A stretch of DNA of 64,000 nt from Chrysomallon squamiferum (lineage: Eukaryota; Animalia; Mollusca), in NCBI GenBank assembly GCA_012295275.1, contig CM022667.1, positions 7,936,001 through 8,000,000 of the forward strand, written 5' to 3'. Both the position numbers and the translations under genes were made by a program. Positions 31,427 through 42,828 of this stretch are shown here, piece after piece. The number at the start of each line of letters is the position of its first letter. Position 1 is the stretch's first letter. The notes under the pieces are model-generated. The model had not been told where the DNA came from, ran no database searches, and saw only the letters and a list, made by a program, of their open reading frames with translations.

Positions 31427-31480
31427 CTCTTCAAAAATAATTTAAAATTCCTATTAACCTGGTCTTATCATCATTTTCAT
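29694..31480 (-). CDS. FUT1/2: GT11 family alpha-1,2-fucosyltransferase-like protein (~344 aa)
   Basis: Coding exons 31480-31459 (MKMMIRP, phase 1) and 30706-29694. N-terminal TM helix. GT11 motifs GRLGNLMFQFASLYGIA, GYFQSWKYF, VGVHVRRGD, FLIVSDD and DMALLANCNHSVITGGSFGWWGAWL. Confidence 0.92.
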
Positions 31481-31944
31481 AGTTCAAACTCAACTGGAGA
31501 TCTTCGTTTTCGTCAAACTTTTCATCCAGCCTAAGAAAAAAAAAAAAAAATGATTTTTTTATTTTATGTAAATTCTCACACTATTAATATTCATAATCTA
31601 CAATTATGTGCCTTCGTGTTTATGGTTCAATACCATATAATGAAAAATAAAATAATAGTAATTAAAAATGAACTAGAATACACTGTCGCCATACGATGGA
31701 TTATTATTTTTCAATTACTGAAAGGTATATTTTTAGTCGACTCTCCCATTGATGGCGGGGGAAAAATGCGACAATGTTTACAAGAAATAATGTTTCTAAG
31801 ACTGCATATTGTCATTTAGCTTTTAAAATATTCAGCTGTCATCCATTTTAGCAGTCTGAATATCACAGATATAATAATAGCAGTAACAGCAATAATAAAA
31901 ATGATGATAGTAACAACAACAACAAAAAGAGCAATAATAGTAAT

Positions 31945-31994
<50 letters not shown>

Positions 31995-32727
31995 TTACGA
32001 TGAAAAGAACAAAAAATACTGGGGGGTTTTTTTGTTTTCTTTTTAATCGTGATAAAATTTTCTTTCCCTGTAAAGATTTAGTTACATTAATCAGTGTCTG
32101 GGATTTGGTTTTATAAAGCTAGTTTAGAAGGGGAACGGACTCAAGAACGTTTTAAAATTATCTACCTGTTGTTGTTGATTCCAGGTAAATCCCAAAACAG
32201 GCGTTTGTAAAAACTCCAAACTTTTAAAGAATTAATACCACACAAACAAACGAACCTTTTCTGTGACGCTGAAAAAAATCAAAAACACAAGTTAACACAT
32301 ACAGCTTGAATGTGTACTTAACTGAACAGCATACTAGATGAAATATCGTTCATTCGTATTGTAATTGGATCGTGACAACTTCGCATATTTTTATTTTCTT
32401 TGCTGTCGTCCTAACACTAGGTTTTGTTAGGTTGCTTAGCCATATATAACATAAGAACACTATTCACGCAAGCGAATGTGATAGCTTATGACCGAACACT
32501 ATAGTTGGGTGTTAACGCTCAACATTTGTTACGTATACTACTAAACAAAAGAAATTCAGATGTAATCCGTTGGCTGGTTTATTTTACTTTATATTATTAC
32601 ATTTTTATTTATCAATCTTTTTGGTTTGTGTATTGACGATTAATCAAAAGCCATGACACTACATAATATAAATGTCTGAACAGAACTTTACAAAACATTT
32701 TTAAAAACACACACACACACACACACA

Positions 32728-32811
<84 letters not shown>

Positions 32812-33760
32812 TGGGATTGGTTGCACGGGTAGGTGTTCGCTCAACCAGCTATTGTGAGAATCTGAAATATTGCTGCAGGCTTTGTCACCGTACTCTGTTG
32901 AAAAGAACAGTGTGTTCAGTGCACGTTATTTCATAACCAAACTTTACAGAGATCATTCGAAAGCGCATTTGTTGGGGTTTATAACTCAAATCATAATAGC
33001 ACTTGGGCCTGGGTCATTCAGCCTGTGAATGATGATGTGTTTCTCACAGGGGACTCAAACGTTGAATGCTGATACCGATTGTTTTGTTTCCACTGATTAT
33101 CGTATTTTGGTTGGGTTTAAGGGTGGACGCTTTAGTAGACGAATTTTGGTGGAGTGAGAGATAATGTTATGATGTCATTTCCGGGGTTTCTGAGTGAGAG
33201 AATATCTGCGCCGTGTAGCTATTTGTTCAGCTAATTATTGTAGGAATCTGAAATCATGTTGTTCTCTCGTCTTCTGTTATTATGAATCATGAGACTTTCG
33301 AACTATTATATGACAGCTATTTCCACTTTAACACTTATTTTTTTTTTTTTTTTTTTTTTGCATGCAAGTACATTCCAGATTTTCTTTTTCTTTATTACAG
33401 TGCTGAAATTCGCGGCAAAATCTGTCAAATTATATTTTCTGATTTATGAATTCTAATTAGTTGAACTGATGAAATAAGTTCTTCAAAGACGAAGTCTGCA
33501 GCCGTCTCCCACGATGTGAACGCATCGTACTGGAATACAGAGTTTCACCCGAGGACGTTTACCTGCGTCAACAGTCAGTTTCAAACACGTGGGCAATCAC
33601 TGCAGCACAGGCCCGCATAGTCTGGCAAGAACAATTCTCTGACGATCTGGCAAATTTCAAATTTCAAATTCCACTTCGCCAAATGGAAAACAGCCGTCAA
33701 ACAGTTTGGACCGATGTCACCTACGGTGATCATAATAATTTGTGAAATGCATCTGTCTAC

Positions 33761-33796
<36 letters not shown>

Positions 33797-34441
33797 ATGT
33801 ATGAAGTATAATTCAGTCGAGATGCACTGGTCGGAATGAGAAATAAGTGTATTTATATACCTGTGGATAAAGCGAGTTTCCTCTCTGATTATCACCAGAA
33901 TTCTCAGCCAGACTAGAAATGTGCTGAGTGTTTTATTAAATAATATATATATATATATATATATATAATTATTATTAGTATTATTTTAGTAAAACAAATG
34001 TCTTAATATGCCACTAGCACTGCGTTACGCATAAAAAACAGATAAATGTGTCGTTCAAAATTTAAGGATAACATACCGTGGCCGTGTTTTCGATCGACAC
34101 TGTATTAAACAAACTGGCAAGCTGTTATCCACCAGTATCGTCTGTCCATTAATGTTTTCCAAATGTCGTCTGCTAGGTAACAACAACATTAAAAAAAAAA
34201 AAAAAAAAACCTTTCCTGTGGCCTCACCGATAGTTCAGCCGACATCGACAACACGTTCGTGAGGTTTAGGCTTTGTTACATAACAGAGATTGTATTTGCC
34301 TGGAATTGACTTAAAACAGGTCGAGAAAATCATGGACTGAGAGAAGAAATCGACAAAACGTTACACTATTTACACCATCCCCTGAGTCCCACTACACCTC
34401 TCATCTGTAAATAGTTAACTTGAAACCTAAAACGATTAACC

Positions 34442-34492
<51 letters not shown>

Positions 34493-35255
34493 AATACACA
34501 AACACGTACACACTCAGAGACACGCAGACAATAGGTACAATGTGCGCTGATATTTTCTTTTCTTCCACTAGTGTAGTTTCTCTCTCCTCATCTAGATCAT
34601 CTTAAATGTTTATACATAATTGTGGTGTACGTATATTATATTCACGATACTGATGACAGCCACATTCCATTGTAATCCTGCCTGTTCACCTTGCACTTTC
34701 TCAGTTTAAACACATCCTAATATTAACTAATGTCTACGATAAAATTAGTCTGTCGATGATGATAATGATGATGATGATGAGATAACGATCACAAAGCTGT
34801 TACATTGTCTTACCATCTTCGTTTAAAACAAGATTATTTTTAATGAAAGGTAACAGCTGTCTATATATATCTTCTTTGACCCTCTTAGAAATATTTATTT
34901 ATTTTCGTCCTTGCTGTTTACTTTTTCCTTTCTGTTTCATCTGAGAGTGTTATCATGGGCGTTGTTTGTTGACAGATAAAACTCAAGGGTCACAAATAAA
35001 TGAATGATTTATCGACGACGACAAGTTGGGGATTATTTAGGGTTCTTTACTTTTTTGTTTTCTTCTTCTTTTATTTTTATTTTATTTTATTTTTATTTAT
35101 TTTATTATTTTTTTTTTTTTTTTTTATATATATTTTTTTTTCTTTCTTTCTTTCTTTTTTTTTTTTGACAATTTTCAGACACTGTAAAACCTTTTCAAAA
35201 TGTCCTATTCTGCTTCAATCAGGCAGTTAGACTATGATCATACTTTATTTATGGA

Positions 35256-35298
<43 letters not shown>

Positions 35299-35730
35299 TG
35301 TGTTTATATTTAATGTATTGTTGGATGCTGTTTAATACCAGATGAATTTTTTTGTTTCCCTAACTATTGATGTTTTTGTTTTTGTTTTTATACTCATACC
35401 GTGGAAGAGTGTTGATGAAAAATAATTGTTTGTAATTATCATAATTATTAGAGTTATCTTTCTTCCATTAGCAGACGTAATACTCTACGCTTCATTGTAC
35501 ATTTTATTTTATTTTATTATTATTATTTTTTTATTATATTTTTTGTTCATCATATAATTTTCTTTTAGTTGTTATTATTATTTAATTTATGCTGCTTTGT
35601 ATTAAGTTGATAAAAATTATAACTGCATTATTTAATCACTGATATATTAATTTATGAAAATTATATTTATTAATGGTATTAATAGAATAATATAATTATA
35701 TATCTACATTTATTTTATTTTGAAGTTTTA

Positions 35731-35772
<42 letters not shown>

Positions 35773-35791
35773 TTACTCAATATAAAGTGCA

Positions 35792-36631
35792 ATGTTTGGG
35801 AGAAATTCACCAGAAACAGTTATGCTGTTTGCAAATCCTCCTGTCCCGGATGATCTTTGTGCTGTAACATTGTTCGTCCAGAAACGCCAAAACGCTGAAC
35901 CAGCATTTCGATCGCAAATAATCAGATGCAGGTTTGTTTGAATGTACCACTGTACATTTACTTAAAATATTGACATTTTGAATTTTATGTGTTTTGGGAT
36001 TGTAGTTGTTTTTATTTTTATTTTTTATTTTTTTTAATATTGTTTTTTATTTATTATTTCGTGTGTGTGTGTGTTTAAAAGGTATGTACATTTTATTTAA
36101 TGTTTTTCAGAGAATTGATTTTCACTGAACCAGAAATTATTGCAACACCATCATTGGATTTTGATAACTCTTTCTATATTATCATGCGGGTAACAAACAA
36201 TTATTGTCAGTCAGTATATTGTTTAATATTAGAAAAATATATTTTTCTTATTTCAAACCTTATATACAAATATTTTAGGAATTTATATGAAATTAATAAA
36301 TAATGCAGATTTTCTTAGAAATTTAATGATAATTTTATGCAAACGTGCATGCACATAAAAACATATTCTAAAGGATATTTAAATATCTTTTCTTTTTACT
36401 TATTTCTTATTTTTATTTTTCTATTTCTTTTGTTAGCACAAGTAGCATAAGTGACTTTAAAATGTGAATGTGTAATTGTAGTTAATTCAATACAATATAT
36501 TTAAACAGCAATCACTCTACAAAACAGGAAGGTTACAAAATAGATTCATAAAGTCTGGACTTGATGTAAGAGACAATTATATATCTTTAATAATCTTTTA
36601 TTTTTTATTTTTGTTAATATTATTAAATTAC

Positions 36632-36673
<42 letters not shown>

Positions 36674-39600
36674 TAATTAACTATTTAATTATTATTTATT
36701 TATTTATCTATTTATATTTGATAGTGTTTATACACATTTATCTATATAAAATCTTACTTTTCATTAATAAATTTAGCTTCTTATTTTCATATGTTCAATA
36801 TTCATAAATTTGAACATAAAAAAGTTACATTTTTATAGAAACCTAAGAAGTGATTAAATTTTGACACTATTAAAAAGCTCAACATTTAATGTTGGTTTTT
36901 AATGATTGGAGTATACATAACAAAACATACATGTTGCTAATGAACACCCTGTAGAATCCATCATAAGAATAAAGCCTACTCTTCCAGGCATGGGGAAAAG
37001 TCATTAAAATCAAAATGCATTCTGAAAGAAGTGTTGTATTTGTTTAAAACCAGGCTAGTAAACCGTACAGAGCAACACCTGTGTTGTACGAGTCCTGTTT
37101 GAGATACACGCTGACTGCTAAACTGGCTCCGCAGTGGAACAAAGCTGGTGAATGGATGGTACAAGGTAACAAAGATTTTGATTGACAGCTGCAAAGAACA
37201 CATGACAGAATTATTTAAAATTATTTGCCTGTTTTACATGATTTCTAGTCTTTATACGCAGTGTTGTAATATATTGAAGGTGCTAATTATTGAACTACAT
37301 GTTACTAGGTTTCAAAAACTGATAACTATACCATTGTTCCTGAGAGTTAACTTAAAAATTTAGTTTTATTGATATTTTGGGGGAAGCATTTAGTGTGTTC
37401 CTTTCTCATTTTGATTATATTTTTTTATCAAAGCAATATTATATTTTTAAATCATTGCAGATTTATCTCATTTCATTTTGCTAACGACAGAAATCCAGTC
37501 ATAGGGATAGAGAAAAAAATCAGATAGGACCCATACTGTTTTTTTGCTGTATAATAGTGTTTGTTTTGTTTTGGGGTTTTTTGTTGTTGTTTTTATAAAA
37601 ATAACACCTTAATTTCTGAACATTATTTCTTTTATTTTTATTATTACTTACTGAATGATACTTTCACCCATTTGTTAAATGCTGAGATACAAAATAAGTT
37701 TATTTACATAAAATAATATCTTTAAAAACAAAATTTATATCTTGTTTTTAAATTTTCATGATAGGCAGAGATTTCTTAACAAACAGAGGCTATGCTAATG
37801 CTGTCAGTGAGTAAAAAAAAATAAAGTTTCAAGAGCTTTTATTACTTAATATAAACTGTGAAAATACACTACAAATTACTGAAAAAAAAAAAAATTGTTA
37901 ATAGAAGTAGTTAAGTGTTTTTACTATTTTATTTGTAAATATTATCTCTGCACCAGTATCATAACCCATAAAGAGTCTGTAATTTATCTATCAATTTTAC
38001 CATGATCTACTAAAACAAATTTGATTAATAAATAAATCCATCATTTTGTTCACTGGATATACGAAAATCTAGAAATTTTCCACAATTCTGAAAATTCTTC
38101 TTTTTTGATGTGATAATAATGGTTAATATTTTGTAGATATAAATCTCAAAGTTAACAAAGATGAATTGTATCTGTCAGTCCTTGCGAGTGCTGTGAGGTT
38201 TCCACCTCTAGAGGTTTGTTGACTAATTTATTTCTTTATGCATTTTATCAGGTTCTAGCATTTAAAAACAAGAAATAAAAGCTGTTAATTTTGTTTTAGA
38301 TGTTTAATGCTTATTGATGTAACTCATCTTAAGACAATTGTTTTAACTCCCTGCCACTTTATATATGTACCTAGCAAATATTATTATGTATCAATGTTTA
38401 CCATTAATACTATGTGCCTCTATCTATCCATTAAAATAATTACAACTTGTAAACAATTTGCCTTTGAAAAATATAAATAATAATATATAAGTAGATTAAT
38501 TTTAAAAATAATTTATATTTGTTAATCAAATATTCTGAATGCTAACTAATATCTTTTATTTTATTATTACTTTTATTATTATTATTTTTTAACTAGATCA
38601 AGATAAATAAACAAATAAATAAAATGTTAAATATGTTGTGATATGTTTAATGATTTCAAAATACACAATTGATATCTTTTTGAGAGTTAAGTACTTATTG
38701 ATTTATTGCAGCTGCAACATCTGTGTCTTGATGATCACCAGATTAATTCATTTCTGCAGTCAGCTGAAAACAAGCATCACAAAATCCCCATCACAGACAA
38801 CTGGTGTCATGTTTTACCAAGGTAGTCAGTCTCAATAATATATATTTCAAATTGAGGTATTTTGAAAATTATTATTATTCGTCTGTCAGATGTCACAGGT
38901 GTGCTTTCCCTATGTGGGAAGGTACATATATAACTCCCCTAGTTGCTAATGAAAATAAGACAAGGTTTCAGCTCTTACTATCTCTTTGATCTTAATTAAA
39001 ATTATACCCCTTCTTCTTTGTTGTCAAATTTATTTTTAAAGCACTATAACTTGTTTTTTTTTTTTCATAGTCAGAACAGAAGCTCAATAATTTTAACAAA
39101 CATTCATGAATCAGTGTATCCGGAATAGGTTTTAAAAAACCTTTTATACCTGTAAATGTTTTGTTCTTACTTGATAGCAGATTTGGATGGTAATAAACAA
39201 GGTTAAGTAATGTGATACATGTTCAGAATGTAAAAGGTGCAGTAAATAATTTTGTTCTCAACAGCATGAAGAGAGGAATGATTCTTAGTGTCAGTCGTAG
39301 CCTGCCAGATGACGGCCCTTTCACCTCTTACCGAGACTTTAAGAGACACTGGAAGAATACTGTAAAATAATTAATATCAAAGTTTGAAATATCTAGAAAA
39401 CGCTTTTGTTATTATAAAAATAAAATAAAGATTAGAACAAAAGTAGTTATGAATGGAGATGAACATGTTAATAAACTTTATTGTGTGGATAAAATTTATT
39501 AAAACTAAGTCATCTTAACCAGTAGTAGCCAGCAGGAAATGTATAAATGAATTTATGTTAATCATTTCCAAATCAAATACTTTTCATAAATTTCTCTATA

Positions 39601-42106
39601 ATCTGTTTTACTATTTATTGAACAGTTTAAATATTCATCACAGATCTGTGTAATGTCTGTGTTACATGCTATTTGTTTCTAATTTGTTTATTTTGATTTT
39701 TGTAAAGACAAATGTTTGTAGTGATTTAACTGTGTTTCTAGTATGGATACAGACTGCCAGACACAGATGATGACATGCTGTATTATGAAGTGACATTCTG
39801 GTACACAGGAGGTGGCAAAATTTTCACATATCTTTTTAAACAATATTCCACAATGAGCTCAAGCTTTTATATTGTACATAAGTGTACAGCATTTTATAGG
39901 ATTCCTTTCTTTTTTTCTTTTTTTTTGAAACAAAAATGACCTTTTAACATTACTTTGATGTTATTCAAATACACTGACAGTTTTATCAACTGTAGGAGGC
40001 TTTAGATAAGAGAATATAATTGAGTAATAATTCAAAATATATCATACCATATATATGATAGCATATAAGATGGTATATGATTGCAGAAACTGAAAAATTT
40101 AAAAAAGAAAAGAAAAAAAAGAAATATCAGTATTTGAGATGAGTATAAATTAAAATGACATTAAATATCTGTTTTTGTCTGATGTCGGATTGTATAACTT
40201 GTTAGAATCATGTGTTTGTTGCTGTTTGTTTTTGTTAACAACTGCACATACCCTGGAGTGTGCCTGCGAGCTGCCAACATTCAGCAGATTCCCAGAGTAG
40301 ACTACAAACCTATATTTGTGTCTTTCATTCAAGACTTGCACTCAAAAATGTCATTAGTATGTGGACATCAACTCCGCTTTCAACCAAAAATAAAATATGC
40401 AATCCCCGAGTTGTATTCTTGCTTTGAGGTAAATCAGATGTTTCTTTGAATCTTCACAAAATACAGGCAGAATATATGTAGCTTGTTTGAAAATTTCAAA
40501 AACAATGTTCAGTGGGTTAGACCAAATGTTATCTAAGTCTTTCATATGTAATGTTACAAGCAATTACTGTTAATTTTTTTATTAATTTTGTAGATGTTTA
40601 TACAGATTTCATGTCTACATTATACATTTTTGTTCTGCCCTCTTAAATAATGAGACATTTTTATATATTTGTTTTCAAATATATAGCTTCGGAGATAAAT
40701 ATGTACAAAATAAAAACCAAAGACAATTGATATAAAATTTAAATGTTTTCTCTTCTAGGAAAAGATGTGTGGAACTGTGAATCTGACTAACAAAAACCCA
40801 GTTGTAAAAAATGTTCCACTGAGAAATATTAATGACATACAGCATTTGTACAATCCCAACAGACTGACAACAGATGAAACCAAAAAACAAATCTCTCCAA
40901 ATTATACTGGAGCAAGCAGTAACGGGGTTACAAATAGTACAACACCAGAGCATTATGTACCTCAGTCTAACACTGACACTCAGTCACATTCCACCAGCAA
41001 TGAATCTTCTACAACCAAAAAGATAATCCCAGTATTTCATTCAAAGGCTGCTGCCAGATACGTTCCTTCTAATTCTCTTAGTGCATCGTCCTTTAAGGCA
41101 GGAAATGAAGACAATTCAAAAGCGTCAAATATTTCACATCAGTCAAAAATTGTTCCATCATTTAATTCCAGCAATTTGGTTTCCTCTAGAAAAACTTCAG
41201 TTAAAGTTGTAAACAATTTCAATAATAAAAATAAAATCATTTACTCTGCAAACAGAAAACTTGGTCGGGATCACCAGCTTAACATACTGAATAAACACAA
41301 TTCATCCTCACAAGTGTCGAATGAATTCACCTCACATTTGTTAAATAAAAACTCAACAAATCTGCTCCTTGCTGATACCTTAACATCAGATGGAAGGAAA
41401 AGAAAAGGCACTAAGATGGATAAGGTATTACAATCTAATGTTATACCATTGTTTTTAAATACACAATAATTAAGTGCTATGATGAATTATATTTATTTTC
41501 TTTAATTTTTAAAATAAACCTTACTAGATTACTATAATAAAAGAAACATGTAAGTTAAAAAACACAAGGGATATATTTAGCTATATATTTCCAAGAATAA
41601 CATACTATTGTATGGACTAGAAATCATAAAAAAAAGAAAAAGAATTCAAGTGTATTTTCCAGTGAGTCGTGACACAGTTTTTATTTTTATTGTTTATCAT
41701 TTAGGACTCGGATATAAAGAAGCCACGCCCTCGTCAACAAATTCAAGATGTTGATGTAAAGCTCCTGGCCAAAAATAATCAGGTACAGGTATTTCAGTAA
41801 CTTCTAAAATAATAATTAATAGACAAAAACCCTTTTCTTTTAACAGTGTCTACAACTTAAAATGTTTATTTCATTCTTTGAATTAATATAACAATTTAAT
41901 GCCAGTATTTTCAGTTATTTTAAAAATCACATTATATGTTGCAATATGAATGTGGTATTGTTTCTTTTCAGCTTGAAAAAGTCAATGCAGCGACCCTCGT
42001 AGCTTGGCTAAAAGAAAGAGGAGTTCCTTGCAAGTCCAAGGATAAGAAAGGAGACCTGATGGACAGAGTGAAACATATACTTTGTTTGTCACAACATGAA
42101 ACTTGA
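35792..42106 (+). CDS. C18orf63: C18orf63 homologue (DUF4708 N-terminal region, disordered S/N-rich middle, SAP-like C-terminus), 13 coding exons, ~619 aa
   Basis: Exons 35792-35931, 36111-36189, 36509-36565, 37054-37165, 37765-37806, 38137-38213, 38712-38821, 39265-39361, 39742-39827, 40248-40428, 40759-41424, 41705-41782 and 41972-42106. All phases are compatible (1860 nt). Peptides LCAV, CRELIF, CLRYTLTAKLAPQWNKAG, QGRDFL, NWCHVLPSMKRG, PFTSYRDFKRHWKNTYGYRLP and FTYPGVCLR...PRVD are collinear with human C18orf63 as I recall it. Confidence 0.9.
39828..40247 (+). other. U12-type AT-AC intron (420 nt)
   Basis: 5' site AC|ATATCTTT, branch-like TTTGTTAAC at 40231-40239, 3' site TGCAC|. Removal joins KIFT to YPGVCL in frame. 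No GT-AG pair gives this join. Confidence 0.88.
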
Positions 42107-42828
42107 ATCTTAAATTACAGCTGTCAAAAGCAACATCAAACTGAAACATTTATGAGGCAACTTCTTTTTTGTCATATTAAAATAAATTGATGTATTGTTC
42201 AAAGAGTTAGCCAAATTACCATTTTTTTTATTTTTTATTATGAGTCAGACCTACATAACTATTTAAAACCTGCAGCCATTGTAAAAAACTAAATAACCTC
42301 AAAGCATTTAGTCCAAAACACAATATACAGTTGACCTGAAAAATCATTTACAAAGTATTTCCTTCAAATTATATACCAATATGAAACTGTATTTATGCTT
42401 TATACAAAACAAATTATTTTGTTTCTTCTTGAAAAACATTTTTTATTAGCTTTGAAAACATACAAAATGAAAAAATATAATCTGTTCACAAAATATTTAC
42501 CAAACTAGTTTTATTTTACATTAATATTTAATCTACACTGAGAATGAGGTCAAATCCAAGTGTTTCTGTCAGTTGTTCTGACATTATTTACACAACAATC
42601 TGTGATTTCACCAGGTGTTTGTAAAAAAGGTGACTTTATTAATGAAAAAGATACTGAACATTTTTTTTAACTTAAATATTTATCATAACATTTATCCAAT
42701 ACTTTTTATATATAATAGAAACAAATATTTTCAAAATAAAACTTCTCAAAGGATATTTTGATAAAAAAAGAACAGAATGTATCAAAGTGTGTAACAAATG
42801 AAAAAAAAAGAATGAATCATGATTAGTT

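Noticed and set aside
32811-32861. Possible minus-strand 5' UTR exon of the fucosyltransferase (atttcag|...CCCAG|gtgaga)
   Set aside because: The splice signals are plausible, but it is non-coding and cannot be supported without transcripts.
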